Notes under the pieces: generated by a model
The model's database searches: none
Seen by the model: only the letters and a program-made list of their open reading frames with translations
Told to the model about the DNA's origin: nothing
Shown: positions 8,892-17,218 of the stretch, one piece after another
Layout: the number at the start of each line of letters is the position of its first letter
Numbering within the stretch: the stretch's first letter is position 1
NCBI GenBank assembly: GCA_034660555.1
Contig: JAYEJL010000147.1
Location: 1-38,572 of the forward strand
DNA: 38,572 nucleotides
Direction of reading: 5' to 3'
Source of the DNA: Thermotogota bacterium
GTDB lineage: Bacteria > Thermotogota > Thermotogae > Petrotogales > Kosmotogaceae
Translations under genes and position numbers: made by a program

Positions 8892-9905
8892 ATGAATTTA
8901 AGAGATAAAGGTGTTACCGGTTTATCTAGAGTGTCATTTGATTTTACTTTAAAAGATGAAAACAGTAAGACAATCGATAGCGAATTTATAAAAGGTCGAT
9001 ATTCTTTAGTTATTTATGTTAAAGATCTCGATTCAAAAAATAACAAAAAAATGCTGGGTTGTTTTGATAAAAAAATCGATATTTTAAAGAAAAATGATAT
9101 TCAGATTTTTGTTATCACTGAACTGCCACCAGAAAATATTTCACATTACAAAAATTCGGAAGAACTATCATTACAATTTTATTCATGGAGAAAGCCTGAT
9201 GAATTAAAACATTTATTAATTGATGAGAGCGGTGTAATCGATAATATGGTATTACTGTTCGATCGCTGGGGAGTAAAACGTGGTTACTGGAAATCTGTTA
9301 ACAATGAGAAGCGGGTTGTTGAAATCACCAAAACAGCAGACAGACTTGTCATAAGTGACAAACTATTAAGTAGGACCATATCTTTAAGGCGGGCACGAAG
9401 ATCCTTTAGAGAAGAAAAGGTTCTAAGAAAGGATATTGAACGGTTAATAAAGGCAGCCCATTTAGCACCATCGTGCTTCAACAAACAACCATGGCGTTTT
9501 GTTGCAGTGGATGATATGGAAACACTTGAAAAGCTTCATGAATACATTCCTGATGGAAATAAATGGATGCATAAAGCGCCGGTTTTACTTATTGTTTATT
9601 CAAGACAGGAAGATGACTGTGATCTCAGTGACAACCGTAGCTACTATCTTTTTGATACAGGACTTGCTGTAGGAATGTTGCTCACCCAGGCTACAAAAAT
9701 GGGTTTATTGGCACATCCCATTGCAGGGTATAAACCAAAAAAGTTTGAGAAAACTCTTGATTTACCTGATGATTCTGTTTTGATAACAGTAATAGCAACT
9801 GGTTATCAGGGTGAATCTTCGTTACTCGATGAAAAGAGTCAAAAAGGTGAAATCACAGGCAGAAAACGCAAACCCGTTGAAAGTGTATTCAGCTGGCATA
9901 AATAG
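8892..9905 (+). CDS. Peroxiredoxin(BCP)-like/nitroreductase fusion protein
   Basis: N-terminal FDFTLKDEN...GRYSLVIY...LLFDRWG thioredoxin-fold segment; C-terminal RRARRS, AAHLAPSCFNKQPWRF and DTGLAVG nitroreductase motifs. An alternative start is GTG 8931. Confidence 0.88.
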   Translation: MNLRDKGVTGLSRVSFDFTLKDENSKTIDSEFIKGRYSLVIYVKDLDSKNNKKMLGCFDKKIDILKKNDIQIFVITELPPENISHYKNSEELSLQFYSWRKPDELKHLLIDESGVIDNMVLLFDRWGVKRGYWKSVNNEKRVVEITKTADRLVISDKLLSRTISLRRARRSFREEKVLRKDIERLIKAAHLAPSCFNKQPWRFVAVDDMETLEKLHEYIPDGNKWMHKAPVLLIVYSRQEDDCDLSDNRSYYLFDTGLAVGMLLTQATKMGLLAHPIAGYKPKKFEKTLDLPDDSVLITVIATGYQGESSLLDEKSQKGEITGRKRKPVESVFSWHK

Positions 9906-9923
9906 TTTGTTTTGATTTCTTGT

Positions 9924-10892
9924 TTATCCTAATATTATACTGTTGTAAATGTAATATATGTAAATCGAAAATAAAATTATGCCACCAATTCGTCCCAGTT
10001 TTTTTCTTTTGAAGCTGATAACAGGCAAAAGAATGACAAGGGATGTAGCAATAACTATATCTATCAATACAGGTCTATCAGCCTGTATTGTTTTTATTGA
10101 TGAAGCTGTTCCCAAAACAAGAAGCAGATTAAATACATTTGAGCCGAGAATATTACCAACTGCAAGATCCTGCGATTTTTTGATGGTTGCTGCTATTGAA
10201 GTAACAAGTTCGGGAAGGGATGTTCCTACAGCGATTATAGTTACACCTATTAATGTTTCACTGACGCCAAAACTCTGAGCCAGAAATGTACCTGAATTTA
10301 CTACAAAATTTCCACCTGATACAACAGCGATTATTCCACCGATGGTTGACAACCAGGCCAGAGCAATATTTTTTTCCAGTCTGGAGAGATCTTCTTTGTC
10401 AACACCCTGCGAAACCAGATCCTTTTGAAATTTTCTGTCTTTTTTTGCCATACTGAAAAGGTAGTCCATGAAAATGATAAAGAAAGCAAGGAGAACAACA
10501 GCTTCAAACCTATCAAGGATGTAGTTATCATTGAGCAAAAGCATACCTGTTGCAATCGAAGTGAGAATAACGAAAGGTATTTCTGATCTAAAAGTTGATT
10601 TTCGAAAAGAAATTGGGGAAAAAATTGCTGTGAATCCCAATACCAATGCGATATTTGCAACATTAGAACCAAGAACATTTGCTATTGCGATTCCACCTGA
10701 TCCTTTGAGTGAAGCACTTACACTAACTGCGAGTTCCGGTGCGCTTGTTCCAAAGGCGACGACAGTAAGTCCAATGAATAATTCAGAAACACCTAACTTT
10801 TTGGAAATTGCGGCTGAACCCTCTACTAAATAATCAGCACCTTTTACAAGCAATATTATTCCAACTAATAATAAGATGATGTTTAGTATCAT
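9924..10892 (-). CDS. Calcium/sodium antiporter (YrbG/CaCA family)
   Basis: Alpha repeats GTSAPE..GSNVAN and GTSLPE..GSNVFN. Start reassigned to ATG 10892, which has a GGAGGA SD. Confidence 0.92.
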   Translation of the reverse strand: MILNIILLLVGIILLVKGADYLVEGSAAISKKLGVSELFIGLTVVAFGTSAPELAVSVSASLKGSGGIAIANVLGSNVANIALVLGFTAIFSPISFRKSTFRSEIPFVILTSIATGMLLLNDNYILDRFEAVVLLAFFIIFMDYLFSMAKKDRKFQKDLVSQGVDKEDLSRLEKNIALAWLSTIGGIIAVVSGGNFVVNSGTFLAQSFGVSETLIGVTIIAVGTSLPELVTSIAATIKKSQDLAVGNILGSNVFNLLLVLGTASSIKTIQADRPVLIDIVIATSLVILLPVISFKRKKLGRIGGIILFSIYIYYIYNSIILG

Positions 10893-10926
10893 GTGTCCTC
10901 CATTTGTACCTATTGATAATTTACTA

Positions 10927-10961
10927 AAACACCTTGCAGAATAAAATCCTGCAAGATGTTT
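10927..10961 (-). terminator. Long hairpin between kbl and the antiporter (terminator or operator)
   Basis: Minus-strand RNA AAACAUCUUGCAGGA-UUUUA-UUCUGCAAGGUGUUU forms 15 bp including G-U pairs. Confidence 0.5.
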
Positions 10962-10964
10962 ATA

Positions 10965-10994
10965 ATGATAACTACATAATAAACAATATGTCAA
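10965..10994 (-). promoter_or_regulatory. Sigma70-type promoter for the antiporter
   Basis: Minus strand TTGACA (10994-10989), 18-nt spacer, TATCAT (10970-10965). Confidence 0.5.
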
Positions 10995-11024
10995 ACAATA
11001 CTAATACTAAAAGTTAAATAACGG

Positions 11025-12206
11025 TTAAATTACTTCCAGTTCTTTTCCAATCTTTTCAAATCTTTCTATAGCGTAATCAAGATCATCTTTTGAATGTGCT
11101 GCGCTTATCATGACCCTGATTCTTGCTTTATCTTTTGGTACTGTTGGATAGCCTATTGACTGCGCAAAAATACCCTTATTAAAGAGTTTTGAGCTGAAGT
11201 CACTTGACAACTTTGCATCGTATAGCATAACAGGTGTAATAGGTGTTTCGCTGTGACCGGTATCAAAACCAAGTTCTTTCATCTTTGTTTTGAAATATTT
11301 AGCATTGTTCCACAATTTTCTAACGAGTTCATCGCTTTCGCTTAATGTTCTGACTGATTCAAGTGCAGCAGCTGTTTCAGCTGGTGAAAGTGAACTGCTA
11401 AACAGGAAAGGTCTTGCCCTTTGTCTGAGGAAATCAATAAGGGTTTTACTTCCAGCAACAAAGCCACCTACAACGCCGAAAGCCTTGGATAAGGTACCCA
11501 CCTCAATGTCTACATCTTTATTTACACCAAAATGATTGGCTATACCTCTTCCATGGCTACCCAATACTCCTTCGCCATGGGCGTCGTCTACCATCAATAT
11601 GGCGTTATATTTTTTGCATTTCTCAGCTAACTCTGGAAGCGGAGCCAGGTCTCCATCCATTGAAAATACGCCATCTGTAATAACCAGTAATTTTTTTGCT
11701 CCAGCATCTTTTGCTTCCTTCAGTTTGGATTCAAGATCGTTTGCATCTCTATGTTTCCAGACATAACGACTCGCTTTAGATAATCGTACACCGTCGATAA
11801 TACTGGCATGATTAAGTTCGTCAGATAGAATTGCATCTTCTTTTGTTGTGATTGCTGGAATCACTGCCTGGTTTGCGTTGAAACCTGTTTGAACAACAAG
11901 GGTATCTTCAACTTCTTTGAATTCAGCAAGAGCTTTTTCGAGTTCTTCGTGGATTGTCATTGTTCCTGCAATTGTACGAACTGCACCTGGACCGACACCC
12001 CATTTGTCTATTGCATCTTTTGCTGCTTTCTTTAACCTTTCGTCATAAGCCAGTCCTAGATAATTGTTGGAACAAAGGTTCAGAACCTTTTTCCCATTTA
12101 CTTTCAACCATGCGCCCTGAGGGGTTTCAAGTGTTCTGATTCTGTTTAATAAGCCGCTTTCTTCAAGTTTTTTCAGTTCTTCTTTAAATTCAGTGAATTG
12201 AAACAC
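11025..12206 (-). CDS. kbl: Glycine C-acetyltransferase (2-amino-3-ketobutyrate CoA ligase)
   Basis: [36 protein letters not shown] (PLP Lys); directly downstream of tdh. Confidence 0.92.
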   Translation of the reverse strand: MFQFTEFKEELKKLEESGLLNRIRTLETPQGAWLKVNGKKVLNLCSNNYLGLAYDERLKKAAKDAIDKWGVGPGAVRTIAGTMTIHEELEKALAEFKEVEDTLVVQTGFNANQAVIPAITTKEDAILSDELNHASIIDGVRLSKASRYVWKHRDANDLESKLKEAKDAGAKKLLVITDGVFSMDGDLAPLPELAEKCKKYNAILMVDDAHGEGVLGSHGRGIANHFGVNKDVDIEVGTLSKAFGVVGGFVAGSKTLIDFLRQRARPFLFSSSLSPAETAAALESVRTLSESDELVRKLWNNAKYFKTKMKELGFDTGHSETPITPVMLYDAKLSSDFSSKLFNKGIFAQSIGYPTVPKDKARIRVMISAAHSKDDLDYAIERFEKIGKELEVI

Positions 12207-12224
12207 AGTAACACCTCCAGTTAT

Positions 12225-13271
12225 TTATTCTATATCAAGAACTACTTTACCAGCTTTTCCATCAAGCATTTTTTTTATGCCTTTTTCCCAATCTTCAAAT
12301 TTCAATTCATGGGTAACAATAGAGGATAGATCAACACGGTTGTTTTTTATCAATTCAGTAGCTATCTGCCAGGTTTCAAACATTTTACGTCCGGTAATCC
12401 CAAAAAGCTTGATACCCTTAAAGATAACCAGAGAGTTTATGTCAAAGGTGATTTTTCCGGGGAAAACGCCAAGAATAGATGCGGTGCCACCATTTGTTAG
12501 CGATTCCAAACCTTGAATGAGAGCATTTTCATTACCAGACATTTCGAGCAAAATATCTGCTCCATTGTCATTGGTAAGTTGTTTGACTGAACTCGTTATA
12601 TCAGTTTCAGTTGGGTCTAATACATAATCAGCTCCTGATTGTTTGGCTAGTTCTTTTCTGTATTCCATTATTTCTGTAACAATTATTTTCGCCGCGCCTG
12701 CTGCTTTAGTGATTGCTGCTGCCATACATCCTATTGGTCCAGCACCGGTGATCAGAACATTTTTTCCGGCCAAATTTTCTACAAAGCATGTATGTATTGC
12801 ATTGCCAAAGGGTTCCATGATTGAAGCGTATTTTTTTGGAAAGTTTTCAGGTAGCTTCCATAACACAATTTCTGGAACCTTAATATATTCTGCAAAAGCC
12901 CCATCTCTATGCACTCCAAGAATCTCCAGATTTTTACAAATGTGCATTCTGTTCGTTTTGCATTGAAGACATTTTCTGCAGGGAATATGCGTTTCAGATG
13001 TAACAATGTCTCCTACTGAGACAAGCAAAACATTACTTCCGGTTTTAATCACTTTTCCGGTGAATTCATGTCCTGCAATCTGGGGAGGTTTGATATTTTG
13101 TTGAGCCCATTCATTCCATTCATATATATGAAGGTCGGTACCACAGATAGAAGCCTTGTTAATTTTTACAAGGGCTTCATTTGGTGCAAGATCATCAGGA
13201 ACTGGAACATCTTTCATTTTGAAGCCTTTACCAGGTTTCTCCTTAACTATGGCTTTCATTGTATTGGCCAA
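12225..13271 (-). CDS. tdh: L-threonine 3-dehydrogenase
   Basis: ICGTDLHIY, GHEF, ETHIPCRKCLQC..C, EPFGNA, GAGPIG, GITGRKMFETW; TTG start with a GGAGG SD. Confidence 0.95.
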   Translation of the reverse strand: MANTMKAIVKEKPGKGFKMKDVPVPDDLAPNEALVKINKASICGTDLHIYEWNEWAQQNIKPPQIAGHEFTGKVIKTGSNVLLVSVGDIVTSETHIPCRKCLQCKTNRMHICKNLEILGVHRDGAFAEYIKVPEIVLWKLPENFPKKYASIMEPFGNAIHTCFVENLAGKNVLITGAGPIGCMAAAITKAAGAAKIIVTEIMEYRKELAKQSGADYVLDPTETDITSSVKQLTNDNGADILLEMSGNENALIQGLESLTNGGTASILGVFPGKITFDINSLVIFKGIKLFGITGRKMFETWQIATELIKNNRVDLSSIVTHELKFEDWEKGIKKMLDGKAGKVVLDIE

Positions 13272-13369
13272 AGATAACTACCTCCTTTTGTATTGTCATT
13301 AAGAGTTTAAAACAAATAGTAATTTAAAGGAAATTTTAATATTTGCAACTAAAGGCTTCTGGCTTGTTT

Positions 13370-14317
13370 CTAGTTTGAATTCCTTTTTATATCGTTGATG
13401 TACTTTGTTAAAAACTTACTTATTTCTTGAAGTGTATTAAGTGTCATATATTTTGCACGCGCGACTCTGCTTTTTTTTAAACCTTTAGTATATGCAGCGA
13501 AATACTTCCTTGATTCAAAAATGCCCTTTCTCTCGCCAAACAAATCTATTAGCATATTTAGCTGTTTTCTAAAAACAATAATTTTTGTTTCATCTTCAAC
13601 GGGTTTATATTGTCCTTTTTTTAGTAGTTCCTTAGTTTGATGAAAAATCCAGGCATTACCGATTGCACCTCTTGCTACAATAACACCATCTACGCCATAT
13701 TCATTCAAAGAAATTTTAATGTCTTCGGGTGTAAATAGATCACCTGATCCATAAATCTTAATACCGGAATCTTCTAAGAGTCTTACAGCTTTTTTTATTG
13801 AGTCCCAGCTGGATTTGCCATAAAATCTCTGTTTCGAGGTTCTTCCGTGAATAAAAAAAGCATCCGGATGTTCTTCTGCAAGCTGTGTAACGATCCACTC
13901 AATCTCATCCTTATCCCAGCCTAACCTGATTTTTACAGATACCGGAACATCAGCTGAGTTTTTAAGATTTTTCAGCATTTTCTTCAGTCTATCAAGATCC
14001 TTCAATAATGCACTACCAGCACCTTTTTTTATTACCTTTTTTACAGGACAAGCTGCATTTATGTCAAACCATGTTGCAATATCCTTGAGTTTTTCAGCAG
14101 CTTTCCCGATGCAATCAGGATCACCGGTGAAAAGTTGTATCCTGCATGGTTTTTTGGGTATGATTTTTAAATTGCTAATATCACCCCGTAATATACTCTC
14201 ACAACTTATCATCTCGCTGAATACAAAATCAGCACCATACCCTAGAGCCAGTTCTCTCATAGCTTTATTAGTATAACCAGCTAAAGGTGCCTGCCCTATT
14301 TCATAGCTTTTCTTCAT
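13370..14317 (-). CDS. dusB: tRNA-dihydrouridine synthase (DusB type)
   Basis: APLAGYT, SEM, IQL, DINAACP (catalytic Cys), VSVKIRLGW, HGRT, ARGAIGN. Start taken at ATG 14317, overlapping the nadD end. Confidence 0.88.
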   Translation of the reverse strand: MKKSYEIGQAPLAGYTNKAMRELALGYGADFVFSEMISCESILRGDISNLKIIPKKPCRIQLFTGDPDCIGKAAEKLKDIATWFDINAACPVKKVIKKGAGSALLKDLDRLKKMLKNLKNSADVPVSVKIRLGWDKDEIEWIVTQLAEEHPDAFFIHGRTSKQRFYGKSSWDSIKKAVRLLEDSGIKIYGSGDLFTPEDIKISLNEYGVDGVIVARGAIGNAWIFHQTKELLKKGQYKPVEDETKIIVFRKQLNMLIDLFGERKGIFESRKYFAAYTKGLKKSRVARAKYMTLNTLQEISKFLTKYINDIKRNSN

Positions 14318-14888
14318 AAAACGTAACAACTTCTTTGCTAATCGAGCATGGTATCATGCCAAGGACACTTTTTTTGTTTATAATGCGTTTGCGGATCAAA
14401 GATGATGAAATATCAATTGACGGTGCATCAAAGAAAATAACTGTTTTATGTTTTTTTTGTTTGGTACTGTTTGTGTGTGTTCTTCTCGGATATACACATA
14501 TTGTAGTTGAATCAAGGATTTCTTCATTTTTGTACCAGCTTTCCAGATCATTGTAACTATCTTCACCAATAATCAAAAAAGGTTTAGTACTGAATTTTTC
14601 ACCGAAGTGCTTCACCGTTTTTACGGTGTATGATGTGTTCGAATTCCTTCCTTCATAATCATCTACTTCAATTTCATCAAAGTCTGAAAAAACTGTGTTC
14701 AGCCACTGCAAACGCGTATTGTAAGGAGCAAATGTGCCTTTTTTATGTGGGGGGGTATAGGCGGGAACAATAAACAGTTTGTCTAGTTGAAAATATTCTA
14801 TTGCATAAGAAGCAATGATTAAATGACCGTTATGAACGGGATCAAAACTACCTCCAAATATTCCAATTTTATTATTCCTTGAATTCAT
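14301..14888 (-). CDS. nadD: Nicotinate-nucleotide adenylyltransferase
   Basis: GIFGGSFDPVHNGH, PPHK, SYT, IGEDS, ISSSLIR; follows obgE. Confidence 0.95.
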   Translation of the reverse strand: MNSRNNKIGIFGGSFDPVHNGHLIIASYAIEYFQLDKLFIVPAYTPPHKKGTFAPYNTRLQWLNTVFSDFDEIEVDDYEGRNSNTSYTVKTVKHFGEKFSTKPFLIIGEDSYNDLESWYKNEEILDSTTICVYPRRTHTNSTKQKKHKTVIFFDAPSIDISSSLIRKRIINKKSVLGMIPCSISKEVVTFYEEKL

Positions 14889-16194
14889 ATTCTTTATCAT
14901 TTATTACCACCGTATCTCCTTCTTGAATGCTTTTTTTCTTGAGCTCTTTAGTGAGTCCATGATGTTCTAATTTTCTTATAATAAACTCTTCTCTGTTTTC
15001 AGGAATGTTGAATTTTTCAGTGTAATATTGTACTAAAGGTCCTTCAACAACATAATAACCCTTTGAGTTTTTGGTAATATTTATTACATTTCCTTCAGGT
15101 ATAGTCCTTGATACTGGTTTGACCTTAGGTTTCACAACTTCAGGGAAAGAGTACTCTCGAAATCTCTGATAAAAAGATTTGGTTTTTTTCAGATTCTCTA
15201 TGATTTTCTTTTTTAACTCTTCGATATTGTATCCAGTAACCGCAGAAATCGGAGTGACTTCTTTCCTTATTTCTTTCTCTAATTTATTTATTATTTTATT
15301 CATTTCTTCTTCAGAAAGAATATCAGATTTATTTGCCACGACCAATTCATTTTTCTCTGAAAGTTTCTTACTGTGGGCCTTCAATTCATCTCTTATATCA
15401 AAGTAATCCTTAAAGGCTTTCCTGCCTTCTGATTGAGATAAATCTACAAGATGTAAGAGCAAACTGCATCGTTCCACATGTCTTAAAAAAGTGTCTCCAA
15501 GTCCAGCGCCCTGATGAGCTCCTTTTATTAAACCGGGTACATCAGCAATAATATAACCGGTATGAGCTGAAACCTTTACAACACCAAGATTGGGAACAAG
15601 TGTGGTGAAATGATAATTGGCTATTTTTGGTTTTGCATTGGAAATTCGAGAAATTAACGTGGATTTGCCAACATTGGGAAAACCTATTATACCGACGTCA
15701 GCAAGCAGTTTAAGTTCCATATAAAGCAACTTTCTTTCACCCGGATCCCCCTTTTCAGAGATTTTGGGAACCTGATTAACGGCATCTGCAAAATGGGTGT
15801 TCCCTCTGCCACCTTTGCCACCACGAGCAACACAAATTATTTGATTGGGATCCTCAAAATCTGCAAGTTGTTCACCGCTTTTTTTGTCGAAAATCACGGT
15901 GCCCACAGGAACATTAATGATGATGTCTTCTCCATCACTACCTGACATTTTTGCACCCTTTCCATTTTTGCCTTTTTCTGCTTTGAAATGTTTCTTATAT
16001 ATGAATTCATTTAACGTATTTTTTGCAGTTGTTGACCTGATAAAAACATGACCGCCATTTCCTCCATCTCCACCATCTGGACCACCATGGGGTAGGTATT
16101 TTTCCCTTCGGAATGAAACAGCGCCATCGCCGCCTCTGCCAGCCTTTACGGTGATTTTTGCAGTATCGATAAGATTCTCACTTCTGAAAGCCAT
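14872..16194 (-). CDS. obgE: GTPase ObgE/CgtA
   Basis: Gly-rich Obg fold (FRREKY..GGPDGGDGG), GFPNVGKST, YHFTTLVPNLG, DVPG, NKSD. Start reassigned to ATG 16194 (GGAGG SD). Confidence 0.97.
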   Translation of the reverse strand: MAFRSENLIDTAKITVKAGRGGDGAVSFRREKYLPHGGPDGGDGGNGGHVFIRSTTAKNTLNEFIYKKHFKAEKGKNGKGAKMSGSDGEDIIINVPVGTVIFDKKSGEQLADFEDPNQIICVARGGKGGRGNTHFADAVNQVPKISEKGDPGERKLLYMELKLLADVGIIGFPNVGKSTLISRISNAKPKIANYHFTTLVPNLGVVKVSAHTGYIIADVPGLIKGAHQGAGLGDTFLRHVERCSLLLHLVDLSQSEGRKAFKDYFDIRDELKAHSKKLSEKNELVVANKSDILSEEEMNKIINKLEKEIRKEVTPISAVTGYNIEELKKKIIENLKKTKSFYQRFREYSFPEVVKPKVKPVSRTIPEGNVINITKNSKGYYVVEGPLVQYYTEKFNIPENREEFIIRKLEHHGLTKELKKKSIQEGDTVVINDKEYEFKE

Positions 16195-16219
16195 AATACA
16201 CCTCCAAAATGCCTTCATA

Positions 16220-16232
16220 TGTTATAATAACA
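16220..16232. promoter_or_regulatory. Overlapping divergent extended -10 elements between obgE and the remA-like gene
   Basis: Plus strand TGTTATAAT (16220-16228) and minus strand TGTTATTAT (16232-16224), in a 64-bp divergent gap. Confidence 0.45.
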
Positions 16233-16258
16233 CTGTTTGCTGAAGGGAGGAAGACATC

Positions 16259-16528
16259 ATGCCAAAGATAGTTAATATCGGTTTTGATTCCTTCATAATA
16301 ACCGATAAAATACTTGCCGTTTTACCCATTGAGAATTCAATTGTGAAACGTCTTAAACAGCATGGAATAGAAACCGGAAAAACAGTTAACTTAACCTTTG
16401 GGAAGAGGACAAGATCGGTTCTGATTACAGACAGCGGTCATATAATGTTTTCTTTTCTTCCTCCAGAAAAACTCATTGAAAAATTATTCAACGATGAAAA
16501 TGAAGATAAAATAGACCGGGAGGTTTAA
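16259..16528 (+). CDS. RemA/DUF370 family protein
   Basis: VNIGF, KRL, TFGKRTRSVLITDSGH pattern, 89 aa; GGGAGG SD. Confidence 0.85.
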   Translation: MPKIVNIGFDSFIITDKILAVLPIENSIVKRLKQHGIETGKTVNLTFGKRTRSVLITDSGHIMFSFLPPEKLIEKLFNDENEDKIDREV

Positions 16529-16534
16529 TGAAAG

Positions 16535-17155
16535 GTGGATGTAAAAAATATGCCAGTAGTACCTTATGTAGTAGAGAACAAAGGAAAGGGAGAAAGAATT
16601 TACGACATTTTCACGAAATTACTTAGCGAGCGAATAGTGTTCCTGGGATGGCCTATTGATGACGAAATATCCAATATTATAGTTGCGCAGCTTTTGTTTC
16701 TTGAATCTGAAGACCCAGAGAAAGACATAAGCATATATATAAACACGCCGGGTGGTTCTGTGAATCCAGGACTGGCTATCTATGACACAATGCAGTATGT
16801 AAAATCTGATATTGCAACTATATGTATTGGAACAGCTGCTTCAATGGGAGCTGTCATACTTGCTGGAGGAAGCAAAAATAAACGTTTTGCACTCCCTCAT
16901 TCGAGAATCATGATACATCAACCCTGGGGTGGTTCCGAAGGAACAGCAAGAGATATTGAAATAAGAACAAAGGAACTACTTACCATAAAGGATCAATTAA
17001 ATAATATTCTTAGCCTTCACACAGGACAGGATAAGGAAAAAATTGAACGTGATACTGATAGAGATCTTTATATGAGCTCTGAAGATGCTGTCGAGTATGG
17101 GATTATTGATAAAGTCATTGAACATCAAAAATTAAAGAGCTCAGCAAAGAAGTAG
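16535..17155 (+). CDS. clpP: ATP-dependent Clp protease proteolytic subunit
   Basis: [20 protein letters not shown] (Ser), MIHQP (His), DRD (Asp). The start may instead be ATG 16550. Confidence 0.97.
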   Translation: MDVKNMPVVPYVVENKGKGERIYDIFTKLLSERIVFLGWPIDDEISNIIVAQLLFLESEDPEKDISIYINTPGGSVNPGLAIYDTMQYVKSDIATICIGTAASMGAVILAGGSKNKRFALPHSRIMIHQPWGGSEGTARDIEIRTKELLTIKDQLNNILSLHTGQDKEKIERDTDRDLYMSSEDAVEYGIIDKVIEHQKLKSSAKK

Positions 17156-17173
17156 TTAGTTGAATAATGATCT

Positions 17174-17197
17174 GCCGGCGCGTGGTGCCGGCTTTTA
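17174..17197 (+). terminator. Rho-independent terminator after clpP
   Basis: GCCGGCGC-GTG-GTGCCGGC followed by TTTT. Confidence 0.65.
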
Positions 17198-17218
17198 TCG
17201 TTATTTTGGAGTGTTAAC

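Noticed and set aside
8467..9905. Ancestral triple fusion ferritin-Prx-nitroreductase (the frames are collinear across TGA-ATG at 8889-8894)
   Set aside because: It is equally explained by a further 1-nt lesion at the end of the pseudogene, and I have no support without a homologue search.
10893..10994. N-terminal extension of the antiporter in the ORF track
   Set aside because: The SD and hydrophobic start at 10892 fit better, and the extension covers promoter and hairpin sequence.
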